NCBI GenBank assembly: GCA_963706125.1
Contig: CAVPLQ010000002.1
Span: 208,254-272,253, forward strand
Direction of reading: 5' to 3'
Source: an uncultured Flavobacteriales bacterium
GTDB taxonomy: Bacteria; Bacteroidota; Bacteroidia; Flavobacteriales_F; PHOS-HE28
Length of the DNA: 64,000 nt
A program made the position numbers and the translations under genes. The notes beneath the pieces were generated by a model. The model was not told the DNA's origin, did not search any database, and saw nothing but the letters and a program-made list of their open reading frames with translations. Position 1 is the stretch's first letter. Each line of letters opens with the position of its first letter. Below, piece by piece: positions 46,501 through 54,243 of this stretch.

Positions 46501-49500
46501 GCTCCGTCGCAGGTGTTCGCACAACTGGCAGGCGTCACCGTTCCCGAGGCCACGATCCCCGAAGGCCTTGAAATGGTGAACTGCACCGTGGTGTCGCAGC
46601 CTGCCGCGTCGGTGATGGTGACCGCGTAGTCACCGGGGCAGAGCTCACTTGCGGTGGAAGTGCCTTGGCCTGTGCCGGGGTCCGGGACCCAGAAGTAGGT
46701 GTAGCCCGGAGTGCCTCCGGAAACGTTCAGCACCGCGCTGCCGTCACAAGCTGTGCCGCACGAGGCATCCAAGACCTGCAGGTCCGGCACGATCGGCGAT
46801 GGCGCATCGATGGTGAAGGCGATCAGCGTATCACATCCGGCCGCATTGGAGATGGTCACGGTGTTCGGCCCGGGGCAAAGGCCGGTGACGTTCGCTGTGC
46901 CTTGTCCTGTTCCAGGCTCGGGCACCCAATTGAAGGTCAAGCCGGTGAGGTCGCCGGTCAAAGTGGCGGTGCCATCGCAGGTGTTCGCACAGTTCGCAGG
47001 TGTGAAAGCCAGGCTCACATCAATGGCGGGCGGCTGTGAGATGGTGAAGTGGAGCGTGGTGTCGCATCCTCCGCTGGAAACGACCACTTGGTATTCACCG
47101 GGGCATAGATCCACGGCTGAAGCCCCCGTGCCGGCCGATGGCGGTGCCCACACATAGCTGAACGGTCCCGTTCCTCCGGTGGCGACCAGCACGATGGAGC
47201 CGTCGCAATCGCCGGAGCAGCTCGCGTCGGTCACTGTGGATGCCACTTGGATGGGCGGCGGTGCCGTGATGGAGAACGCGATCGTGGTATCACAGCCCAA
47301 GGAGTCCGTAACGGTGAATGTTCCGGGGCCTTCGCAAAGACCGGTCGCGTTCAAGCTGCCCTGTCCACCGACAGGTTCCGGCGCCCACAGATAGGTGTAC
47401 GGTGGGGCACCTCCGGATACCACGCCCGTCGCGGTGCCGTCACAAACGTTCGCGCAACTGATCGGTGTGGTCTGGACGGTGGCCACGATGGAGACCGCTG
47501 GCAGAATGGTGAAATTCTGCACCAGCTCACATCCATGGGCATCCGTGATCGTAACGCTCCATGCGCCCGCACAGAGCTGGGAGGCCGCGGGGCTGCCCTG
47601 CCCTTGTGGTGGCGCGGGCGTCCATACATAGGTATAGTCCGGCGTGCCACCGGCCACCACCACCGTGGCGGTCCCGTCGCAAGTGGTTCCGCAGGTGACG
47701 TTCGTTTGGCTCGCGGTCGCCGTCAAGGGCAATGGCTCCGTTATGGTGAATTGCACGGTGGTATCGCAACCATTGTCATCCGTGATGATCACGCTCCAAT
47801 CCCCGGCGCACAGGCCGGTCGCTGAGGCGGTTCCATCACCTGCGGGGCTGCCCGGCTGCCAGTCGTAGGCGAGCACCCCGGTACCGCCCGTGGCCGGGGC
47901 GGTGGCGGTACCGTCGCACGCACCGGCGCAGCTCACATCCGTCTGCGATGCGTTGGGAACGATGGGAGGTGGCGATGCGATGGTGAATTGTACCGTGGTA
48001 TCACAACCGGCATCATCGGTGATGGTGACGCTCCAGTTACCGGGGCAGAGCTGGGAGGCCATCGCCGTGTTCTGGCCTGCCGGTGGTTCCGGCGTCCAGA
48101 GGTAATCGTACGTCGGTGTCCCTCCCGCCGGGGCCACGGTGGCCGTGCCGTCGCAACTGTTGGCGCAGGTAGCATCGGTGCTGGAGGGGTTGGGCACGAT
48201 GGCCGGTGGTGCATCGATGGTGATCGCCACCACGGTGTCACAGCCCGTACCGATGTCCACGATGGTCACCTCGTACACACCCTCACAAAGTCCCGTGGCC
48301 GTGGCGCTGTTCTGCCCTCCGCCCGGCTCCGGCGACCAACTGTACCCGAACGAGCCCGCACTCCCCGTCGGTGCGACGGTCGCGGTGCCGTCGCAAGCAT
48401 TGCCGCAGGTGGCGTCCACATGGGTGGCGTTGGGCACGATCGGCGGTGGTTGGTCGATGGTGAACAGCAGCGTGGTGTCGCAACCGTTCGCATCGCTGAT
48501 CGTGACCGTATAATCACCTGCGCAAAGGCCGGTCACTGCGGAGCTGCCATCGCCCGCTGGTGTTCCAGGGTTCCAATCATACGTGAAGCTGCCCGTGCCA
48601 CCCACCGGGGCCACCTGTGCAGTACCGTCGCAAGCGTTAGCACAATTCACGTCCGTGGTGGTCAGGTTCGGCTGGATGGGCTGAATGGGGAAATTGAAGG
48701 TGGTGTCGAAGGCGCAGCCATTGGCGTCCGTGACATGCAACGTGTTGTTTCCCGGGCACAGCTGGTTGAAGCTCGCCCCGGTCCCGGCACCATTGTTCCA
48801 TGAATAATCGTACCCCGGCACGCCACCTACTGCGAATGCGGAGGAAGACCCGTTGCAGACACCGGCACAGGTGGGGGGTTGGGTCGCTGCGAAGATCACG
48901 CTCAACAACGCGGGATCGGTGACCTGCACGGTGGTCGCACAGCTCACGCCCTGCCCTTGGTCCGTTACGATGACGATCTGATTGCCTGGACAGACATTGT
49001 TCCATGTGGCCGTCGCAGGCCCTCCGATCCAACTGTAGATGAACGGGCCAATGCCGCCCGTCACCGTGACCCGCACGGAACCGTTGCACACGCCATGGCA
49101 GCTCACACCGAATCCGTTGTAGTTACTGAGCAGCTGGGCATCGATGGTGAAGGGGGTCTGGCCCACGCCGGTGGCGCATACGTTCACGGCACGCAGATCA
49201 TCCTGCTGTCCGGAACCCGCGTTCCATTCCACGGGGCCTCCACCGACCAACAACCTGGAACTGCCCGGGGCCACGGCATCCCGCCCGCTGCCCCGGCTGA
49301 ACTCCTGAGCGAGCAATACCACGGAACTGCCGGCCATCAGCTTCGCACCCCTGTCGGCGATATTCAGCTTGCCCGACTTCAGCATATTACCGTTCGTCAC
49401 CAGCGTCCCCGACCGCAACTCCAGATCGGCACGATCGCCGAGGACCAGGTCGCTCCGCATGGACCACGTGCCACCGCCAGTGAAGCGCAGGTCGCCGCCC

Positions 49501-49928
49501 AAGGGAATGCCGTGCAGGTCTAGCTGCGCCACATCCCTTTCCGCCGATAATTCCACGGTGGCCGTACTTGCCCATGTCACGCTGCCGCGCAGGACGAGAT
49601 CCCCTCCCACGCGCATCCGGTCATTTCCGCCTTGCAGGACGACGCCGCCCCGCGTACCGTCCACCAACAAACTGCGCACATCGGCGTCCTTGTCCATCAA
49701 CACCGTGGTCTCCCCGGTCACCGGCGCGATCACTACTTCATCATTGCCACGCGGCACGTTCTCCCCACCTTGGCCGTTGGCCGTAAGAGACCAGTGCGCA
49801 CGGTCGTTCCACTTGCCGCTTCCGCCCACCCAGTGCCGCTCTTGTTGCGCCCATGTGGTGCCGGAGAAGAGGATGCCGCACAGCAGTGCGAACAAGGCGG
49901 GCGTCAAAGATCGCCGGGGGTTGCTCAT
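40572..49928 (-). CDS. SprB-repeat adhesin-like protein (about 3100 aa) with type B CTD
   Basis: About 30 or more units C...CDG.A.V...GG...Y.Y.W.........GLC.G.Y.VTITD..GC; C-terminus FTPNGDGHND...FSRWG...WDG...GTYYY; start MSNPRR overlaps upstream stop (ATGA). Confidence 0.9.
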   Translation of the reverse strand: MSNPRRSLTPALFALLCGILFSGTTWAQQERHWVGGSGKWNDRAHWSLTANGQGGENVPRGNDEVVIAPVTGETTVLMDKDADVRSLLVDGTRGGVVLQGGNDRMRVGGDLVLRGSVTWASTATVELSAERDVAQLDLHGIPLGGDLRFTGGGTWSMRSDLVLGDRADLELRSGTLVTNGNMLKSGKLNIADRGAKLMAGSSVVLLAQEFSRGSGRDAVAPGSSRLLVGGGPVEWNAGSGQQDDLRAVNVCATGVGQTPFTIDAQLLSNYNGFGVSCHGVCNGSVRVTVTGGIGPFIYSWIGGPATATWNNVCPGNQIVIVTDQGQGVSCATTVQVTDPALLSVIFAATQPPTCAGVCNGSSSAFAVGGVPGYDYSWNNGAGTGASFNQLCPGNNTLHVTDANGCAFDTTFNFPIQPIQPNLTTTDVNCANACDGTAQVAPVGGTGSFTYDWNPGTPAGDGSSAVTGLCAGDYTVTISDANGCDTTLLFTIDQPPPIVPNATHVDATCGNACDGTATVAPTGSAGSFGYSWSPEPGGGQNSATATGLCEGVYEVTIVDIGTGCDTVVAITIDAPPAIVPNPSSTDATCANSCDGTATVAPAGGTPTYDYLWTPEPPAGQNTAMASQLCPGNWSVTITDDAGCDTTVQFTIASPPPIVPNASQTDVSCAGACDGTATAPATGGTGVLAYDWQPGSPAGDGTASATGLCAGDWSVIITDDNGCDTTVQFTITEPLPLTATASQTNVTCGTTCDGTATVVVAGGTPDYTYVWTPAPPQGQGSPAASQLCAGAWSVTITDAHGCELVQNFTILPAVSIVATVQTTPISCANVCDGTATGVVSGGAPPYTYLWAPEPVGGQGSLNATGLCEGPGTFTVTDSLGCDTTIAFSITAPPPIQVASTVTDASCSGDCDGSIVLVATGGTGPFSYVWAPPSAGTGASAVDLCPGEYQVVVSSGGCDTTLHFTISQPPAIDVSLAFTPANCANTCDGTATLTGDLTGLTFNWVPEPGTGQGTANVTGLCPGPNTVTISNAAGCDTLIAFTIDAPSPIVPDLQVLDASCGTACDGSAVLNVSGGTPGYTYFWVPDPGTGQGTSTASELCPGDYAVTITDAAGCDTTVQFTISRPSGIVASGTVTPASCANTCDGAIDVTATGGVEPYIWTWLPEPGTGQGTGSVDGLCPGIWTVTIGDQAGCDTTLVFTVGSPDAIDPHGVFTNESCNGPCDGTATVSPTGGNGTFTYTWSPAPPVGAGTNSVSGLCAGDWCVTVTDGAGCDTTWCFTILPNSPIVVSVTTVDGLCWNECTGEATVTASGGAGVFGYQWTPEPATGQGTDHVTGLCQGPASVTVTDQAGCDTTITFNILAPPPIQPNLTLRAENCAGTCTGEADAAPTGGSGTFGYVWVPDPGTGQGTNAVTGLCVGVNYTVTITDGNGCDTTVAFTVQAFVPIEPVLSLSPATCSNTCDGSATVMATTGGALPYTYFWIPEPANGQGDTLATGLCSGNYQVIVSDADGCDTTLNFTITAPAPIDPNASVTPIDCGGECTGAIDLDTQGGTGGSTYTWTPEPPQGQGTAHVGQLCAGDWTVAIADANGCDTTVTFTLTEPLPIVASADVTPSHCGVCDGAVQLHVSGGNAPYSFFWGPPLNITTTDSLRIDLCGGVYPVVITDASGCSVQLVVAVADDDGEVLTMTDGVTSCPNVCDGTVSVAYNCSVAPCELNWLDLQGNDLGQSGTITGLCAGSYLAIVTNGNGCISIDTAFVTEPAPLTANISSTPASCANLCDGTATIGVVGGVGPFDYAWSPLPGGGPNAPHVTGLCPGSYDIFVHDQGGCDATFSVLITAPSPITLDATVTDISCPGQCDGAITVDAQGGTGALGYTWSPAPPFGQGTGTASGLCPGTWSVTVADANGCDTILSFTLTDPQPLTLSGSSTESNCTVCDGTATMMVTGGSGTFDIQWTQGGAAIGSGQTLTDLCAGIYVATVTDAHGCSAMQTVVVPDANGETITAIDGQTLCANSCDGEVSVSYNCSDAACTVTWLDMSGNQLAQGQDTLSGLCSGAYLVQVLNGSGCTTIDTAYVVPSQVIIPNLSTTPVSCHDLCDGTATVGPTGGNAPYTYTWNPPPPGGQNTPHATGLCPGVYTVTIADSTGCDTVVSLLITAPQPLTVNAQMTQVSCNGACDGSIVLSPSGGNGFYSYVWSPMPPNGPGSNGAFDLCPGDWSVTVADLNGCDTTLTFTITEPAPLTAVASSTLSTCSICNGTASVIPAGGTAPYVITWLQSGAPIGTDSTITDLCAGLYLVRVVDAHGCMVETPVPVSDVGGEVVTTTDFNLTCPDYCDGEVTATFDCTEPNCSIAWFNAGGTDLNEPGNTLSDLCAGTYFVQVTNGLGCTTIDTANVIAPDPIVANLSTTPVTCAGDCDGTATVGPTGGAGGYEYDWVLGSGTAQGTPHVVDLCAGTYSVTITDLAGCSITQDVLILSPQPITATAVVVPITCNGACDGSITVMGQGGTGTLTYQWSPEPDMGQGTNTVTGLCADAWSVTFTDTHGCDTTFTLTLTDPPVLTVDLTHTDNVCFNDCVATAHVDVAGGVSPYSITWTGPDGGVLDQDVQDVFGLCGGDHIVTVMDAHGCSVTTPFTVATGAPIEANLTFLGESCNGPCDGSAAVAPTGGTGSGYAYNWQPGNPTGQGTEQVSGLCPGNWTVTISDGAGCDTTYAFTIAPFMPITPVATVQQVFCNGACDGSIDLAVSGGVGNLTYAWTPEPGTGQGTASVSQLCPDNWSVTITDAVGCDTTVSYSITQPPALTLFTDTVISASCNTASDGAISISITGGVPGYTVEWFGPDGFTFSDEDLNAVLPGTYEVTVTDLNDCQITSTIVVGALNSVVADAGPDRVECSDVLIILDASASQGASTYEWSDAQGRTIGTDPVIDLGALSDGTYTFVLNVADGVCSDADTVVITVLPTPIADAGDDRVIYVQGTTELGGSPSGPPGSTFAWQPDTLLDHPDMPNPTATVSSTTWFILTVVGPDGCVSLDSVLVTVVPEVKVPSGFTPNGDGHNDTWVLDFAMLFPDLDVQVFSRWGEPLFRSVGYAVPWDGKYDGKTVPMGTYYYVIELHDPRFPDALTGPLTVIR

Positions 49929-50860
49929 TCGAAGATGGGGCATCGTACGATCGCTTTGCTTGGGTCCATGGGCGCACAGGGATAGATCCCGAGGATGAGC
50001 TCGTGGGTGTTCGCACCGCCCACGCGCAACCTGCTCGTGGTGATGTCATAGCTGTACCCGAGCGTGAAGAATTTCAGGAAGGGCAACTTGATCATGAAGG
50101 CCACGGCGTCCTGGTTCCTGTAGGTGACCCCCAGACCCACTTTACGGCGGTATTCCATCATCACATTGATGTCCATCGCCAAGGGCGAACCGGGCGAGAG
50201 CTTGAACAGGCCGCTGGGGACCGCGCTGAAGTTCTTGTTCAGCCGAAAGCGATGGCCAAGGCTCGCGATGTAATTCCGCGTGAGCCGCGTTTCCACACCG
50301 ATCCCCTTCACTTTGTTGCCTAATGCCTGCTGGACGGAGAGCCCGGCCCAAGTGGACTTGCCATATAACCAGATCCCCGGCGTGACGTCCGGATAGACGA
50401 ACACGCTGCCGTTATTCGCCAGTGCGGGATCGCTGTTATCATCAGCGAACACATCGCCCAAGGACAACTTCTCCTGCCTCAGGCCGGCGAAAAAGCCCAA
50501 GGACATGTAGAAGTCCTGCTTCATCTGGATGTGGTAGGCGTATGCCAACTGGAAGGAGGTGTACCCGAGCGGCCCCGTATGGTCGGCCTCCACGAAGGTC
50601 CCGATACCATGGCGATTGGCGTGGAAGGACCGTCGCTTGGACTTGATGGTACCGGCCACCGTGGCCCATCCCGTGACGGGCGCACCGGGAAAGCCCACCC
50701 ATTGCTGGCGATAGCCCAAGCGCACATCGATGCAGTCCTTGCTGCCGGCCACGGCGGGGTTGATGGCGAACATGTTGAACACGTTCTGCGTGTACTGCGC
50801 CGTCTGCTGTGCCCATGCCGGGGTGCAGGCAAGCAGGAGAAGGGGGACGAGGATGCGCAT
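49925..50860 (-). CDS. PorP/SprF family T9SS membrane protein
   Basis: QQTAQYTQ...INPAVAG, YRQQWVG..GAP.T, GYSYD, THEL, C-terminal CPIF. Confidence 0.9.
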   Translation of the reverse strand: MRILVPLLLLACTPAWAQQTAQYTQNVFNMFAINPAVAGSKDCIDVRLGYRQQWVGFPGAPVTGWATVAGTIKSKRRSFHANRHGIGTFVEADHTGPLGYTSFQLAYAYHIQMKQDFYMSLGFFAGLRQEKLSLGDVFADDNSDPALANNGSVFVYPDVTPGIWLYGKSTWAGLSVQQALGNKVKGIGVETRLTRNYIASLGHRFRLNKNFSAVPSGLFKLSPGSPLAMDINVMMEYRRKVGLGVTYRNQDAVAFMIKLPFLKFFTLGYSYDITTSRLRVGGANTHELILGIYPCAPMDPSKAIVRCPIFE

Positions 50861-51852
50861 CAGCGAACGATGGTGACGTAACCGGTGTAAGGGTCGGACT
50901 TGCCCCTGATGTCATTGACCTGAATATGCCAGTAATAGGTGGCCGTGGGCAGCCCCGCCCCGTCAAAGGGCTCGCGGTAGCCGACGCTGTGGTAGACGCG
51001 CTGGCCCCAGCGGTCATAAACGCTCACGTCGGCTTGGGGATAGTCGCGGATACCAAGTATGGTCCACGTATCATTGATGCCGTCGCCGTTCGGGGTGAAG
51101 GTGTTCACCGGATCGACGAGCCGCTTCACATCGACGGTAACGACATCCTCGTAGGTGCAACCGTCGATCACGGTGGTCACGGTGTAGATGGTCGTCTCGC
51201 TCGGCTGTGCCACGGGGTTGGCCACGGTGTTGCCGCTCAGTCCGGAGGTGGGGCTCCATTCATACGTGGTGCCGCCCGTGGCATTGAGCTGCGTGCTGGC
51301 ACCTGCCGCGATGGAGACATTCGGCCCGGCATCGAAATCCACGTTGACGATATCGGCGCCGGGCCCGCTCACCGAAACGTTGAAGTCGCACTGGGAGGCG
51401 AACATCGCACCGTTGTTCCGCATGCCGCTCACCACCACCCAATACTGCGTGAGGGGTTGGAGTGCCAGCGAAGTGGTCATTGTGAAGGCCACCGAATCGA
51501 ATGCGCAGGGCGGGACCGCTTGGAAACTGGCCGGTGTGCAGCTACCGTCGCCGCTCAGTATCACCGCGCTCAGCTCGTTGTCATAGCCCGCCACAACGTT
51601 GCAATCGATGCCGTCCACGGTGACGGAGACGGCACCGCCCACACTGTTGGTGGTAAAACTGTACCACACCGGGCTACCGCCGGGCTGGCAGAAGGTCGGG
51701 ATGGTGCTATTGGCCCCGGTATTGGTGCCGGCCATGGCCTGCTGCGCGCACAGGTCCACCGCGCCGGAACACTCGCTGTTGGCAGGCTGTGCCAAGAGGC
51801 GTCCGGCGACGATGAGCAGCAGGGCCGTAACGACAGGACGAAGATCGGGCAT
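50860..51852 (-). CDS. Small type B CTD (gliding-motility-associated) protein
   Basis: Signal peptide, QPANSEC Cys-rich domain, Y.WSPT.GLS, NTFTPNGDGIND...YDRWG...TYYW...GYVTIVR. Confidence 0.87.
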   Translation of the reverse strand: MPDLRPVVTALLLIVAGRLLAQPANSECSGAVDLCAQQAMAGTNTGANSTIPTFCQPGGSPVWYSFTTNSVGGAVSVTVDGIDCNVVAGYDNELSAVILSGDGSCTPASFQAVPPCAFDSVAFTMTTSLALQPLTQYWVVVSGMRNNGAMFASQCDFNVSVSGPGADIVNVDFDAGPNVSIAAGASTQLNATGGTTYEWSPTSGLSGNTVANPVAQPSETTIYTVTTVIDGCTYEDVVTVDVKRLVDPVNTFTPNGDGINDTWTILGIRDYPQADVSVYDRWGQRVYHSVGYREPFDGAGLPTATYYWHIQVNDIRGKSDPYTGYVTIVR

Positions 51853-52176
51853 GGGCACGTTGCGGGTTGCGCCGAAGGTAGGTTGGTGCTCCACCCGTGT
51901 TCCGAGCACAGGCCGCAGTTTCACACACGCCCCTGTTAGACGACGAAGGAACCGATCTCGGAGGATCAGAGTCCCCGCTCCGCATTGAAGCTACGCGACC
52001 CACACCGGGGGATGGAGAGCGAGACCCATTCCGCACCGCTGAAGGCGCGGGCCAGCACAATGACCTGGCCAACGTGGTACGCATAATGCGCTAGTTGCCG
52101 GTGCAACGCGTCAAGTACCGTGTAGTATGTGAAGAGCTTCATGAGCTCCCGTTTCAGCTTTCCGGTTTCAAAAAAG

Positions 52177-52248
52177 TAGCCTCACCAGGAATCGAACCTG
52201 GATCTAGAGTTTAGGAAACTCCTATTCTATCCGTTGAACTATGAGGCT
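52177..52248 (-). tRNA. tRNA-Arg(CCT)
   Basis: AGCCTCA/TGAGGCT acceptor, GGAGT-TT-CCT-AA-ACTCT anticodon arm, CCAGGTTCGATTCCTGG T-arm. Confidence 0.95.
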
Positions 52249-52538
52249 GGAAGGAACGCCCGTTGCGAGCAGCGGACGCACCCTGAACGAAGGCGCGAAA
52301 ATAGTCCTTGATCGACGCTCGTTGGTAACCGAGGCCCCTTCATGGAACTATGAGGGACCAGCCGCCTCTGCATGGCGGTCCGCTGCCATGTCCGCAGATC
52401 CCGAGGTGGCTGGAAAGAAGGCGGATGTCTGCGCGGGGAAGGCCAACATGCCGATCGTGAAAGCAGACGATCGGTTTGTGAAGGCAGACAACCCACTCCG
52501 GCGCTCGGGATTTCCCAAGTGCCGGGGTGGGGGGCTAG

Positions 52539-52607
52539 CCGGGACTGCGGGTCAAGCCCGCAGTGACGGCACTTGACCGGGACTGCCGGTCAGGCCCGCT
52601 GTGACGG
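52539..52607. repeat. Two tandem REP-like hairpins (31 nt, period 38)
   Basis: ccgggactgcgggtcaagcccgcagtgacgg and ccgggactgccggtcaggcccgctgtgacgg. Confidence 0.75.
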
Positions 52608-52741
52608 ATCGAAGCGGTGGGCGATCGGCAGATCCGTGAGGTTCTCGCAACGCCAAGCGCCGGGGTGGGGCAAAGGAGGCGTGAAGCCGCCTGCCACAAT
52701 AAATACGGAACCATTTTCATGTGCTACACGTAAAGCACTGC

Positions 52742-53452
52742 ATGTGCTCCTCAAAATATATTATGCTCCCGGTCCTTTACATGCTCGCCATAGGAACGGT
52801 TTCAGCCCAAGGGAAAGGGAAGGTGATGGTCCTTATGCAAAGGGATGGTCCCACCGGTCCTGTGGACACGGTCAAATTGGTCCGAAGTGCCCTCAAGCTG
52901 AACCCCATACTTTTTCTGCGCGGGGAGGTCCCGCTTTATTATGAGCGCGTCCTGTCCCCTCGCGTGAGCTTGGAACTGGCCGTGGGCCTTACAAGCAGGA
53001 ATTCCATGGACCTGCCCCGTTCACATGAGCCCGCGGATGAGTTCAGCGCTGGCACTAAGGTGCTCACCCGGGCTTCGTATCACGCCGGCCTGCGCTACTA
53101 CCTCACCAAGGACATGGAGCCCCAAGGCTTTTATTTCCAAGGCGAGTTCGCCTACTTGGAACATGCCAAGGACATCTCCATGAAGGACGAACAGGGCCGA
53201 TCGACCGATGTGGCCCTGCGCGATGAAAGCCGGTTCAAGGACGGGCGGCTCTACTTCGGCTACCAGCGCTTGGCATCCACCAACAATTTCCTCTTGGACA
53301 CCTACTTTGGAGCCGGTCTTCGGTCAAGTGCGCTCAACAGTGTGCATGAACGGCTGGACCTTGAGGAGAACAAGTGGTCCTATGCGCAAGAGAAGATCCG
53401 CGATCAGGTGGCGGCCTTCTACTTCGGCGTGAAGATGGGCTATGGCTTTTGA
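52742..53452 (+). CDS. Small outer-membrane beta-barrel protein (DUF3575-like)
   Basis: Signal peptide, ALKLNP...YYERV, GLRYY, DTYFGAG, terminal GVKMGYGF; start uncertain (52742 or 52763). Confidence 0.72.
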   Translation: MCSSKYIMLPVLYMLAIGTVSAQGKGKVMVLMQRDGPTGPVDTVKLVRSALKLNPILFLRGEVPLYYERVLSPRVSLELAVGLTSRNSMDLPRSHEPADEFSAGTKVLTRASYHAGLRYYLTKDMEPQGFYFQGEFAYLEHAKDISMKDEQGRSTDVALRDESRFKDGRLYFGYQRLASTNNFLLDTYFGAGLRSSALNSVHERLDLEENKWSYAQEKIRDQVAAFYFGVKMGYGF

Positions 53453-53769
53453 CCGCGGTCCAAGTCGCCGGAAGTATCCATTGATCCCGCTGGCACCTCC
53501 CGCTCCCGCAGATCTCCGCCCCGGAGACCCGGCGTCACCGGAACATCTTGCTCAGGCGTCCGATAGGTATCGGACCGCTAGAAGGATCCTGCGTGAATGG
53601 CGGCCACGGCATCGCGAAGCTCGCATCTACTACACCGTGGAAGATCGGTACCACCGCCTACCTTCCCGCTGAACAAAGTTCATCTCTTCCATCGCCACAG
53701 GCAACGTTGAAGGCCCATATTCCATCAATCCATTCAGACGCCGCGCATAAGCACCCCCAACAGCCTACC

Positions 53770-54117
53770 ATGATCGCCAAGGAAGCTCTTATGCGCACCA
53801 GTTATGCCGCCTTCAATGCGCGCGACATCGCCACGGCCCTCAAGGTCGTGGGGCCGGACGTGGAGTGGCCGGACCAATTGAGAGGGATGACCCTGCACGG
53901 TCCGGAAGCCGTGGGTGAATATTGGCGGCGGCAATGGGCCGTGATGGACCCCCAGTTCGAGATGAAGCATTTCGAACTGGACGCGAACGGGCACTTGGTG
54001 GTCACGCTTGTGCAGACGGTCCGCGGACTGAACGGAACCGCCATCTCCCAAGGGCTGGTGCGGCATCTCTTCGAATTCGAGAACGGACTGGTGAGGCGCA
54101 TGTGGGTGCTGCTCTAG
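53770..54117 (+). CDS. SnoaL/NTF2-like family protein
   Basis: YAAFNARD, PDVEWP, HGPEAVGEYW, VRHLFEFENGLVRRM. Confidence 0.8.
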   Translation: MIAKEALMRTSYAAFNARDIATALKVVGPDVEWPDQLRGMTLHGPEAVGEYWRRQWAVMDPQFEMKHFELDANGHLVVTLVQTVRGLNGTAISQGLVRHLFEFENGLVRRMWVLL

Positions 54118-54179
54118 GCCAGCGCACCGCGCTCCGCAGGGCCCACAAAGAAGGAGTGCGCCCGATCCGACCAAACGGC

Positions 54180-54187
54180 TACTTTTG
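54180..54187 (+). promoter_or_regulatory. -7 promoter element upstream of large T9SS gene
   Basis: TACTTTTG about 56 nt before ATG 54244. Confidence 0.45.
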
Positions 54188-54243
54188 TGAACTTGGGCAA
54201 GTGTCGCCCAATTAGATCCGGACATTCCCAACCCCCTTTCTGC

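Noticed and set aside
40572-49928. Calling this gene sprB and its partner sprF
   Set aside because: Repeat family fits, but no sprC/sprD context is present and paralogs are common, so orthology cannot be shown
52345-52355. gaactatgagg repeat of part of tRNA-Arg
   Set aside because: Only 11 nt and from the tRNA 5' side; no cloverleaf or att context
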